Assembly: GCA_049322915.1 (NCBI GenBank)
Contig: JBMOPW010000040.1
Coordinates: 1-43,546 of the forward strand
DNA from: Candidatus Zhuqueibacterota bacterium
GTDB lineage: Bacteria > Zhuqueibacterota > Zhuqueibacteria > Thermofontimicrobiales > Thermofontimicrobiaceae
Length of the DNA: 43,546 nucleotides
Direction: 5' to 3'
The translations under genes were made by a program, and so were the position numbers. This document shows, in pieces, positions 30,501 through 39,300 of this stretch. The notes beneath the pieces were generated by a model. It had not been told where the DNA came from. It saw only the letters and a list, made by a program, of their open reading frames with translations, and searched no databases. Every line of letters begins with the position of its first letter. Positions within the stretch are counted from its first letter, which is position 1.

Positions 30501-32318
30501 AAATTGTCGCAGTCGGATCCGTCGAATACGGCGTGGCAGCGCGACGTGTATGTAAGCTATATTAAAATTGGCGATGTGTTGCGCGCTCAGGGCGATCTGG
30601 TCCAGGCGCAAACGGCCTATCGCCAGTCGCTGGGGATTATGGAGAAATTGTCGCAGTCGGATCCGTCGAATACGGAGTGGCAGCGCGACCTGTTCGTGAG
30701 CTATATTAAGGTTGGCGATGTGTTGCGCGCTCAGGGCGATCTGGTCCAGGCGCAAACGGCCTATCGCCAGTCGCTGGGGATTATGGAGAAATTGTCGCAG
30801 TCGGATCCGTCGAATACGGCGTGGCAGCGCGACCTGGCTGGGAGCTATTCTAAGGTTGGCGATGTGTTGCGCGTCCAGGGTGATCTGGTCCAGGCGCAGA
30901 CGGCCTATCGCCAGTCGCTGGTGATTCGGGAGAAATTGTCGCAGTCGGATCCGTCGAATACGGAGTGGCAGCGCGACCTGTCCGCGAGCTATGACAGAAT
31001 TGGCGATGTGTTGCGCGCCCAGGGTGATCTGGTCCAGGCGCAGACGGCCTATGGCCAGTCGCTGGGGATTGCCGAGAAATTGTCGCAGTCGGATCCATCG
31101 AATACGGCGTGGCAGCGCGACCTGGCTGCGGCTCATTGTTTTGTTGGAATAATCTTTCAACAACAAGGCAAACTTGCTGAAGCCTTGAAAGAATACCAGA
31201 AATATCAAACGCGAATGGAAAAATTAGTTCAGGCCGACTCGTCCAATTCCGCGTGGCAAAACGAACTATCCACGAGCTATGATAAACTAGGTGATGTGTA
31301 TAGCGCCCAGGGTAATTTGCAACAGGCACTGGTCGCCTATCAACAGTCACTATCAATTTGTGAGAAATTGGCGCAAGTCGATCCATCCAATAGTGCGTGG
31401 CAGCGTAGCATATCCGTGAGTTACATTAAAGTCGGTGATGTGTACAGCGCCCAGGGCAATCTGCGACAAGCACTTAGTGTCTATCAACAATCTAACGCTA
31501 TCTTTGAAAAATTAGTACAGTCCGATCTATCCAATAGTGAGTGGCAGCGTGATCTGTCTGCAAGCTATGACCGAATCGGCGATGTATACATTGCCCAAGG
31601 CAATCTGCGCCAAGCACTTACGTCGTATCAACAATTACTGGCGATTACCAAGAAATTAGCTCAGGCCGATTTGTCCAATCACGTGTTGCAACGTAACTTG
31701 TCTGTGAGTTACAACAAGATTGGCGACGTGTTCCGTGCTCAGGGCAATCTGCGTCAGGCGATCACGTCATTTCAACAGTCACTCGCGATTGCCGAGAAAT
31801 TGTCGCAGTCGGATCCGTCGAATACGGAGTGGCAGCGCGACCTGTCCGTGAGCTATGACAGAGTTGGCGATGTGTTGATCGCGCAGGGGGATCTGGTCCA
31901 GGCGCAGACGGCCTATGGCCAGTCGCTGGGGATTGCCGAGAAATTGTCGCAGTCGGATCCGTCGAATACGGCGTGGCAGCGAGACCTGTCCGTGAGCTAT
32001 GAGAAAATGGGCGATGTGTTGATCGCGCAGGGGGATCTGGTCCAGGCGCAGACGGCCTATCGCCAGTCGCTGGTGATTAGGGAGAAATTGTCGCAGTCGG
32101 ATCCGTCGAATACGGAGTGGCAGCGCGACCTGTCCGTGAGCTATAATAAAGTTGGGGATGTGTTGATCGCGCAGGGGGATCTGGTCCAGGCGCAGACGGC
32201 CTATGGCCAGTCGCTGGTGATTCGGGAGAAATTGTCGCAGTCGGATCCGTCGAATACGGCGTGGCAGCGCGACCTGTCCGTGAGCTATGCAAAGGTTGGC
32301 GATGTGTTGCGCGCCTAG
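27531..32318 (+). CDS. NLR-like protein: DUF4062-like N-terminal domain, NACHT/STAND-type NTPase, TPR-like repeat array (ends at a premature TAG)
   Basis: IFITSTFRDMHAERDYL..PIDLRWGV..CLAEIERSRPFLIALLGDRYGW..SITALEI; Walker A GDPGSGKS (28401-28424); Walker B VILLLDALNQL; GNPLWL; AAGGA RBS; 48-aa repeats from 29778. Confidence 0.85.
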   Translation: MKAAPLWYSRPIFITSTFRDMHAERDYLRNVIFPELEERLKERRHMLEPIDLRWGVETVSVDEEHSKELLVLKVCLAEIERSRPFLIALLGDRYGWTPPEERLAAAAQEAGFTGDVRQKSITALEIEFGVLDSPDQRRRSYFYFREPLPYDTMPAEVAALYSDAHSTAPEAVAAAQRLAELKRRIERQPDLKDRVRHYRAGWDEAQQEVTGLEAWGNMVLEDLWRDLQDETEKYLRAPIPTWQEQERWALEEFVQGRSRVFIGRQAISDQLMRTALAPDAPDTPQELCLIGDPGSGKSALFSHLYRRLQKEDVLLLANAAGISPDSASVDAIVRRWIEEIALFLGIRNPLSEKPTADELRDQLTLLLGRAGAQQRVILLLDALNQLEQTPRARQLTWLPKTLPPNVRLIATALPGAEAEAVSRRNGQTLNLPPLPAPEAREIINAACSRYHRQIHPQVAAMLLDKKDAAGNPVCGNPLWLELAVDQLNLLDSDDFTRAERQYQGSAEEKLHQLLLDTARQLPNSIEGLYDWMLAGNETAYGEAWSKALAVSIALSRSGWRESDLRALLPQFSETPWDDLRFAALRRGFRAHLVRRGGLGQYDFFHQQMRLAVSRRYFSDERTKQAMHHALADYLATLPDNDALRCSERMVHLLAAGVDTEAARYYAGYLNDAELNGATRGLAEQVLAAQGTTPNLAMARLTAWLTDTNLTHAQQGLICQRFNFNLRDAISNAADLSTQRQLLEPVKQTLERLSQSDPSNTAWQRDLAAAHCFVGIIFQQQGKLAEALNEYQAYKKGMEKLSQSDPSNTAWQRDLSVSYNKVGEVLIAQGDLVQTHTAYRQSLGIAEKLSQSDPSNTAWQRDLAASYSKVGDVLIAQGDLVQAQTAYRQSLGIAEKLSQSDPSNSQWQFDLGISNERMGTVFQAQGNLERALHHYKNKQSIIEKLSQSDPSNTAWQRDLSVSYNKVGDVLIAQGDLVQAQTAYGQSLGIREKLSQSDPSNTAWQRDVYVSYIKIGDVLRAQGDLVQAQTAYRQSLGIMEKLSQSDPSNTEWQRDLFVSYIKVGDVLRAQGDLVQAQTAYRQSLGIMEKLSQSDPSNTAWQRDLAGSYSKVGDVLRVQGDLVQAQTAYRQSLVIREKLSQSDPSNTEWQRDLSASYDRIGDVLRAQGDLVQAQTAYGQSLGIAEKLSQSDPSNTAWQRDLAAAHCFVGIIFQQQGKLAEALKEYQKYQTRMEKLVQADSSNSAWQNELSTSYDKLGDVYSAQGNLQQALVAYQQSLSICEKLAQVDPSNSAWQRSISVSYIKVGDVYSAQGNLRQALSVYQQSNAIFEKLVQSDLSNSEWQRDLSASYDRIGDVYIAQGNLRQALTSYQQLLAITKKLAQADLSNHVLQRNLSVSYNKIGDVFRAQGNLRQAITSFQQSLAIAEKLSQSDPSNTEWQRDLSVSYDRVGDVLIAQGDLVQAQTAYGQSLGIAEKLSQSDPSNTAWQRDLSVSYEKMGDVLIAQGDLVQAQTAYRQSLVIREKLSQSDPSNTEWQRDLSVSYNKVGDVLIAQGDLVQAQTAYGQSLVIREKLSQSDPSNTAWQRDLSVSYAKVGDVLRA

Positions 32319-33000
32319 GGTGATCTGGTCCAGGCGCAGACGGCCTATCGCCAGTCGCTGGAGATTCGGGAGAAATTGTCGCAGTCGGATCCATCGAATA
32401 CGGCGTGGCAGCGCGACCTGTCCGTGAGCTATGACAGAGTTGGCGATGTGTTGATCGCGCAGGGGGATCTGGTCCAGGCGCAGACGGCCTATCGCCAATC
32501 GCTGGAGATTGACGAGAAATTGTCGCAGTCGGATCCGTCGAATACGGCGTGGCAGCGCGACCTGTCCGTGAGCTATGACAGAGTTGGCAATGTGTTGAAC
32601 GCCCAGGGGGATCTGGTCCAGGCGCAGACGGCCTATCGCCAGTCGCTGGGGATTGCCGAGAAATTGTCGCAGTCGGATCCGTCGAATACGGCGTGGCAGC
32701 GCGACCTGTCCGTGAGCTATAATAAAGTGGGTGATGTTTTGCGCGCGCAGGGGGATCTGGTCCAGGCGCAGACGGCCTATCGCCAGTCGCTGGCCATTGA
32801 CGAGAAATTGTCGCAGTCGGATCCGTCGAATACGGCGTGGCAGCGCGACCTGTTCGTGAGCCATATTAAGGTTGGCGAAGTGATGATCGCGCAGGGGGAT
32901 CTGGTCCAGGCGCAGACGGCCTATCGCCAGTCGCTGGGGATTGCCGAGAAATTGGTGCAGTCGGATCCGTCGAATACGGAGTGGCAGCGCGACGTGTGGG
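29778..33000 (+). repeat. Coding tandem repeat: 22 x 144 bp (48 aa) plus a partial capping unit
   Basis: Exact 144-bp period from 29778 to 32945; consensus EKLSQSDPSNTAWQRDLSVSYNKVGDVLIAQGDLVQAQTAYRQSLGIA; capping unit starts at 32946. Confidence 0.97.
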
Positions 33001-33173
33001 TTTCGTACTGGCGAATGGCGTTAATGGCCGAACAAAGCGGCGATAACACAGCCGCGCAATGGTGGCGAAAAGCTTATGACAAATTGAATGGCATGAAACA
33101 GGCTGGTTTCTTCATCTCTCCAGATGATGAAAAATATCTGGACCAGTTGCGCCGCAAGGTGGGGGCGAAATAA
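32319..33173 (+). pseudogene. In-frame continuation of the NLR-like gene beyond the TAG (rest of repeat 18, repeats 19-22, C-terminal cap)
   Basis: Same frame and repeat phase as the 27531 ORF; the 32376 start is only an internal TTG Leu codon; read-through gives 1880 aa. Confidence 0.85.
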
Positions 33174-33185
33174 ATAAAATCATTC

Positions 33186-33636
33186 TGAATAGCCCCGATC
33201 CCGCTCGCGGGTTCGGAATTCAATGGAGCGCCCCAATCAATTTCGGGCGTTCGCCCAATCCCGTTCACGTTAGCTATGCAATCCGGAGTGCAGCGCCTTC
33301 ATCATCTGTACTCCTTAATGTAATTTTATAAAGGAAACGATACAGGTATGCGCTGCTGCGCATTGCAATCCATAAAGGGATTGCACTCCGTTTTCCTTCA
33401 ATTCCGTCTTAAGTTAACAGCATTGGGCGTTCGCCCATTCTCTTTCGGCGGGAGAATCGGGGGCTAAAGCCCAGGGATATTTTTTTGGGAGCATTCTATC
33501 CACGAGTTAAAACTTCCCGAAGTAACGGGACAGGCTGTGGCAATTCAAAAATTGGGCAATTTAGAATTCCGGGCCAATTAAAAATACCAATTGATTGGCT
33601 CGAATTGAATAGCCCCGATCCCGCGAGGGATCGGGG
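33186..33636. repeat. Downstream continuation of the ~240-bp REP-like array with a ~180-bp insertion
   Basis: TGAATAGCCCCGATC at 33186 and 33606; GGGCGTTCGCCC at 33245 and 33425; GGGCTAAAGCCC at 33461; GCATTCTATCCACGAGTTAAAACT at 33491; same orientation as the upstream array. Confidence 0.88.
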
Positions 33637-33812
33637 AACTGGCTGATGATCCGCTAAAAAGGTGGCGGCGCATTTACACTGATTAAGAATCCGTGAAGAT
33701 CAGCGCGGAACGTCCGCCGATTTTTTAGGAGGATCATCCGCGTAATCAGCGTTCTATTTCTTTTTTGGTTCTGGCTTGTCCAGGTTAGGCCACTGCATCG
33801 AATGCCCGCCGG

Positions 33813-36149
33813 CTATTTCAAGCCCTGATAGCGAATTCCCACCACCACATTTCTTCCCGGGGAATGAACGCCTGAGCCGTGCTCTTTGTATGTCTCATCG
33901 AATATATTTTCCAAAATCAAATCAAGGGTGAGGCCGGGGCGCAGTTCGTATCTGGTGCTGACATTGATCGTCGTGTAGCCCGGCGTGCCCCCGACTGGAA
34001 TCCGGCTGTCGTCCTTGTCCCGGGCGGAGAGTCGGTCCTGTTTGGTCGCTGTGCGGACAAACGCCTCCAGAGAAAGCCGCGGCGTCGGAGCGAAGCGCAC
34101 CTTCCCGAGCGTCATGAACGGCGGTATGCGGCTCATGGGTTCATCAAACGTCTCGTTCTCCCCGTATGTCCAGAAGGCGGCGCCGGTGATACTCCACAGT
34201 GCATTCAGGTGGTACGCGCCGGAGACTTCCCAGCCGGCAATGTATGCTTTGGCGGCGTTCCGCTTCTGGTAAATATCCACCTCGTCCGGGTCGCGAAGGC
34301 CATTGGCGTTTTCATCGTAGAAATCAAGTCCGTTGTAGCTGCCTCGGTAGCGGTCGATCAGATCGACTAACCGATTGTAGAATAGGAACACTGAGCCGCT
34401 GAAGTCATCGCGGTTCAGCTTTGCGCCGATTTCCACATTGTGACTCTTCTCCGGCAATAACCCCGGGCTGGGCGCATCCACGCCGGAGTTGGACACTTTG
34501 AGCACGACCGAATCGTTGAAATTGGGCGCGCGGAAGCCCTTGGCGTAGCGGGTGATGAGATTCAGCCATGGAATCGGTTTGTAGCTGACGCCAATGGTTC
34601 CGGTGACGTCGCGAAATGTATCCTCAAAATCGCCCCACGGTTGTTCCAGCGGCGACCACAAATGCATTCGGCTCCAGCGAATGCCAAACGTCAGGTCAAC
34701 TCTGGCGCTCACCATGACTTCGTCGTTCAGAAATATTCCCATCGAGCGATAGGTGGAGCCATCGGGAAAATCGCCGCGCCGTTGCTCAACTTCGCTGCCG
34801 GCTTCGACGGTGCGGCCGCTGCTGAGCCGATCGTAATAAAATTCGAATCCATAGGTGAGCCGATGGGCGTCGCGCCAGGCAGAGTTGATTTGCAGGAACG
34901 ACCCCAGCGTTTGCAGGTCATTTCGATTCTTCGTGATCGTATCGCTGCCGGTCTTTCGCTCGAATGTCCCCTCTTCTTCGAGTTGATAGGAAAAATTCCA
35001 GTCGACGGAATTGACCCATCCCATGCTCTTCGGCTGCGAGCGCAGGGTGACCGCAGCCAGATAGCGGTTCTGTGGCTCGTAATAATAATCCCGGTACTGG
35101 CCGGTGACGTACATGTCGTAGCGGGGGACTTCGCGCTGTCGGACTGTCATCAAATCCAGCAAGAGAGTGGTGGCGTCGCTGATGGCGTATCCGAGTTTGA
35201 GATTGCCATCCACTTCGCAGTAGCCGGTCGGCGATTGTTTTCCCACGTCGCTCCCGGCGGTCAGGTCGCCGATTTTCTTCAGGGAAAATCCGGCGCTGTA
35301 GTTCAATCGGCCCGCATCATTCGAATGGGAGGCGTGCAGAACCCGTGATTGGTCTGCAGCGCCGTAACGCAGCGTGGCCGAGGTCGAGCGGGGAGTCGGG
35401 GATTGAAATTGCCCCGGCCCTGAGATCATATTGATGACGCCGCCTAATGCGTCCGAGCCGTACATGACCGAGCCCGGCCCTTTGGTCACTTCAATCCGGT
35501 CCAGCGATTCCACGCTGATCGTGTTCATATACTGATTGGCGCCAAATCGGAACGTGGGTTTATTGAGGCGAATGCCGTTGTAGAGCAGCAGCACATCTTT
35601 GCCGATCAGTCCCCGAATGACCGGCGCTCCGTGGCCGGCAGTTGTTTTCTGAACCAGCACCCCGGGAATTTCCTTCAACGCATCCGCGGTGTTGGGAGAC
35701 GACCGCCTTTCAATGTTTTCCTGATGCACAATGGCGACGTCCTGCTGGCCCTGAAACAGGCTCTCCGGTTTGCGGTTGGAAATATAGGTCATTTCATTGA
35801 AGACCAAAATCCGGGGCGTGAGCAGAATATGAAATGAGTTGGACTTGCCCTGCCGCGCCTTTGTCTCGATCCGCTTTTCGTCATAGCCAATATGCTGAAC
35901 AACGAGTATCGATGCGCTGTCCGGGATGGCGTCGAAGGAGAAGCGGCCGTTGCCGTCCGAAACCGTGCCGAAATTTGTGCCTTCAAAATAGATGTTGGCG
36001 TGCGAGACAGGGGCGCGGGTGATTTTATCCATGATCTGACCGGATATCTGATGGGCGCTGTTTTCAAAGGAAAAAACAGGGCGTGTTGAAGCCAGGATGC
36101 ACAGGAAAAGAAGAAAAGAAATGATGCCTGCATGGCGCCGTTTGTTCAT
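33813..36149 (-). CDS. TonB-dependent receptor
   Basis: Signal peptide after MNKRR (36149; ORF open to 36191); carboxypeptidase-regulatory-like domain; plug ADALKEIPGV..APVIRGL..RIEVTKGPGSVMYGSDALGGVINM; GFRAPN; LENIFDETY. Confidence 0.92.
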   Translation of the reverse strand: MNKRRHAGIISFLLFLCILASTRPVFSFENSAHQISGQIMDKITRAPVSHANIYFEGTNFGTVSDGNGRFSFDAIPDSASILVVQHIGYDEKRIETKARQGKSNSFHILLTPRILVFNEMTYISNRKPESLFQGQQDVAIVHQENIERRSSPNTADALKEIPGVLVQKTTAGHGAPVIRGLIGKDVLLLYNGIRLNKPTFRFGANQYMNTISVESLDRIEVTKGPGSVMYGSDALGGVINMISGPGQFQSPTPRSTSATLRYGAADQSRVLHASHSNDAGRLNYSAGFSLKKIGDLTAGSDVGKQSPTGYCEVDGNLKLGYAISDATTLLLDLMTVRQREVPRYDMYVTGQYRDYYYEPQNRYLAAVTLRSQPKSMGWVNSVDWNFSYQLEEEGTFERKTGSDTITKNRNDLQTLGSFLQINSAWRDAHRLTYGFEFYYDRLSSGRTVEAGSEVEQRRGDFPDGSTYRSMGIFLNDEVMVSARVDLTFGIRWSRMHLWSPLEQPWGDFEDTFRDVTGTIGVSYKPIPWLNLITRYAKGFRAPNFNDSVVLKVSNSGVDAPSPGLLPEKSHNVEIGAKLNRDDFSGSVFLFYNRLVDLIDRYRGSYNGLDFYDENANGLRDPDEVDIYQKRNAAKAYIAGWEVSGAYHLNALWSITGAAFWTYGENETFDEPMSRIPPFMTLGKVRFAPTPRLSLEAFVRTATKQDRLSARDKDDSRIPVGGTPGYTTINVSTRYELRPGLTLDLILENIFDETYKEHGSGVHSPGRNVVVGIRYQGLK

Positions 36150-36388
36150 CGAAATTTTGAACCTCACGAAATAGTTTTTTGGTAGCTGCAACGTTACCTG
36201 ATTGCGTCGGACATGCCTCCGGCGCGGACAATGGCCGGGATGAATGATGTAGTTGATTTAGTCCCTTTTTTACAATTTTCATAACTTAAATATTGGACTT
36301 ACACATTATAAATTTTCGAGAAATGGGATTTATCAACAACATCATGAATATCCCTATCGATCGCGAAAGACATTCCCCTTCGACTGCG

Positions 36389-39300
36389 TTACCGGGATTC
36401 TTTATTTTTCCAGTGAATGTCCAGCTTTTCAAATGTCGGAAAGAGCGTGAAATCCGAAGCCACGACGTTGTTACGGAAATTTTGGACATCGGTTTCTATG
36501 ACGCGATTAAATTTTTCCAGCGCCAGGGAAAGACTCTGCTCCGCTCGGTCCATGCCTTGCATCTGCGTGGGATTTGGTCTGTCCCAGGATGAACCCAGGG
36601 AACTGTAGACCGCCCAGAGATCGCGGCTCACATTATCCTGCCGGGTGATGCCCTGTGCGCCGCCTGGCTGGCTCACAAACAGGCCCATGACCTCTGTCAG
36701 TTTCTTTTTCAATGCCTCTCCCTGTTTGATCAGCGACTTCGCCGAATCCCCTTTGTCCTCTTTGAGTCGATCCAGAATGACAGTCACGGATTTCTCGGCG
36801 CTGCGAAGCTGGTCCACTGCGCGGGACAGGATTTCGATCTTCTCCCCGATTCGAATCCGGGCATTGTGATTTTCGCGCCAGCCGTCGATGGAAACCTTCA
36901 TCCGCGGATCCGGCAGCACGTCCACCGGTTGACTCGCCTCGTTTTTATCCACGACTATTTTCACGGTATATGTTGCCGGAATCACCGCCGGTCCCGGCGG
37001 ATTGAAACCTTCGCGTCGCTGCCCGGGCGAGCCCGGCGTTTGGAAGCCATCCCGTTCCAGTCCCCAATAGGTTCGGTTGATCCCGGCCTTCATGGGGCCT
37101 TCCATTTTTCGGATGATTTTATTTTCCGAATCCAGAACCTGGATGGTGACTTTGGGCTCTCTGTCGCGACGACTCCCGGGCTGGTCCTGAGCCTCGGCCG
37201 TCGGCGTTGCCTCTACTTTCTCCGGCTCCTTGATCAAAGAAGCATTCACATAATAGGTGATGCCTGCGCCGAATGGTTCGGTCTGTCCCTCAAAAATTGC
37301 ATCGCCGGGGAAGTGGTAGCCGGCCGACGAGCGGGTTTGATGCTGATACGCCGCCGGGATGTCGAACAGATGGAGCGGTTTGGCAAGCACAGCCGGTGAA
37401 ATCGCTCGCAGCGGTCGGACGTCGTCGATGATGAAGGCGGAGCGGCCGTGGGTGCCGATCACCAGATCATGGTCGCGCGGATGAACCATCACGGCGCGCA
37501 CCGGCACAGTCGGCAGACCGTGCTTCCATTTCATCCAGTTCACGCCATCGTCGAAGCTGATGTACAGGCCGAATTCAGTGCCCAGATAGAGCAGTTCCTT
37601 TTGAACCGGGTCCTGCTCAATGTCGTGGGCAAAGCCCCACGGCTCTTTGAGCGGATCAATATTCCGGGGAGGATTTTTCGCCAGGTTCAGCCATGTCTTG
37701 CCGTAGTTCTCGGTTTTGAAAATATAGGTCGTCCAATTGCCCCGGCAATGATCATCGAAAACAACGTAGGCCGCGCCGTCGTCGAATTTCGAAGCCTCGA
37801 TGTGCGAGCACCACGAGGCTGCCGGCACATTGGCAATATTTTTCACGGTATTGACCCAGGTTTTCCCGCCGTCCCGCGTCACCTGAACATTGCCATCGTC
37901 CGTGCCCACCCAGATGACGCTGGCGTTGATCGGGCTGGGCGCGATGGTGAAAATCGTGGTGTGATTTTCCGCGTGGGTCACGTCCAGCGTCAGGCCGCCG
38001 CTCTCTTTCTGCTTCTGTTTTGCCGGGTCATTGGTCGTCAGATCCGGGCTGATGATGGCCCAGCTTTCCCCGCGATCCGCGCTTTTGTGCAGGAACTGAC
38101 TGCCGAAATAAAGCGCGTCACCATCGAATGGATCGTGCGCAATGGCCGCGTTCCAGTTGAACCGCAGCTCGATGGAATCCGGCGCCGGGGGACGAATGTC
38201 TTTCCGCTCGCCGGTGCTGAGATTGAACCGCATCAAATAGCCGCCCTGGGACATGCTGTAGCCGGAGTTGGGATCGTCCGGGATGCTCAGCGTGCCGAAG
38301 CCGTCCCCAAAACCGACTTCCTGCCAGTGATAATTCCGAATGCCGCCGTTTTCCCACACATCGCTGGGGCCGCGCCACGAGCCATTGTCCTGCATGCCGC
38401 CGTAAATGTTGTAGGGAATTTCCATGTCAACGTTGATGTGATAATACTGGGCCAGCGGAAGATTGTCCACAAACCGCCACGTTTCGCCGCGGTCGTAGCT
38501 GATGGCCACGCCGCCGTCGTTCCCGTTGATCATCAGATTCCCGTTCTGCGGGTGAATCCACAGCGCGTGATGATCGGAATGCACGCGGGAACGGTTGCGC
38601 TCGAACGTGCGGCCGCCGTCATTGCTCACCACTAATCGCGAATGCAGGCTGTAAATGCGATTCTCGTTTTGCGGATCAACCCGGATATCAGCGTAGTAAA
38701 ATGGCCGCGGATTGACATTGTCCGTTTGGTTGACTATCTCCCAGTGGCGACCGCCATCTTCAGAACGGCACAGCGCGTTTTTCTTAGCCTCGATCAGCGC
38801 GTACACCACCGAAGGATTGCTGCGGGCAATGCCGATGCCGATTCGTCCCAATTCGCCTTTGGGAATGCCGTCTTTTTCAGTGAACTTTTTCCAGGTTTCG
38901 CCGGCGTCGTAGGTCACGTAGAGTCCGCTTCCCGGGCCGCCGGATTTGAAAAACCACGGCCAGCGCCGATGTTCCCACATGGCCGCGAAAAGTTTGTTGG
39001 GATTGACCGGGTCCATGACCAGATCGGCGCACCCGGTTTTTTCATCCACAAAAAGGATTTTCTTCCAGGTTTTTCCGCCATTCACAGTTTTGAAAACACC
39101 CCGCTCCGGATTTTCGCCCCAGGTTGTTCCCAGGGCAGCGGCGTAGGCAATATCCGGGTTGGTCGGATGCAACACAATGCGGTGGATTTTTTCGGTCTTT
39201 TCCAGACCGAGGAACTGCCACGTATGGCCATCATCGAGACTTTTAAAAATGCCGTATCCCACGCCCACGCTGTTGCGCGGATTGCCCTCGCCGGCGCCGA

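Noticed and set aside
32316..32318. Pyrrolysine or TAG recoding
   Set aside because: TAG is a normal stop for other genes here (7767, 12609, 20950, 26214, 41185, 42398), sister repeats have CAG, and no pyl genes are present
29889..32864. Arg-rich repetitive minus-strand ORFs (120, 287, 361 aa)
   Set aside because: Antisense shadows of the coding repeat, broken wherever the sense repeat diverges
29778..32945. CRISPR array (constant core plus variable part at fixed period)
   Set aside because: The period is 144 bp and in frame, the variable parts are homologous to one another and encode protein, and there are no cas genes
29778..32945. Diversity-generating retroelement target (codon sets such as AAC/ATC/CGC and GAG/GTG/GGG)
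   Set aside because: No reverse transcriptase or separate template repeat in the window; the same variants recur in several units, which fits shuffling better. A remote DGR cannot be excluded without a genome search
32376..33173. Independent 265-aa gene
   Set aside because: Starts at an internal TTG of a repeat, in frame with the upstream gene; it is the severed C-terminus
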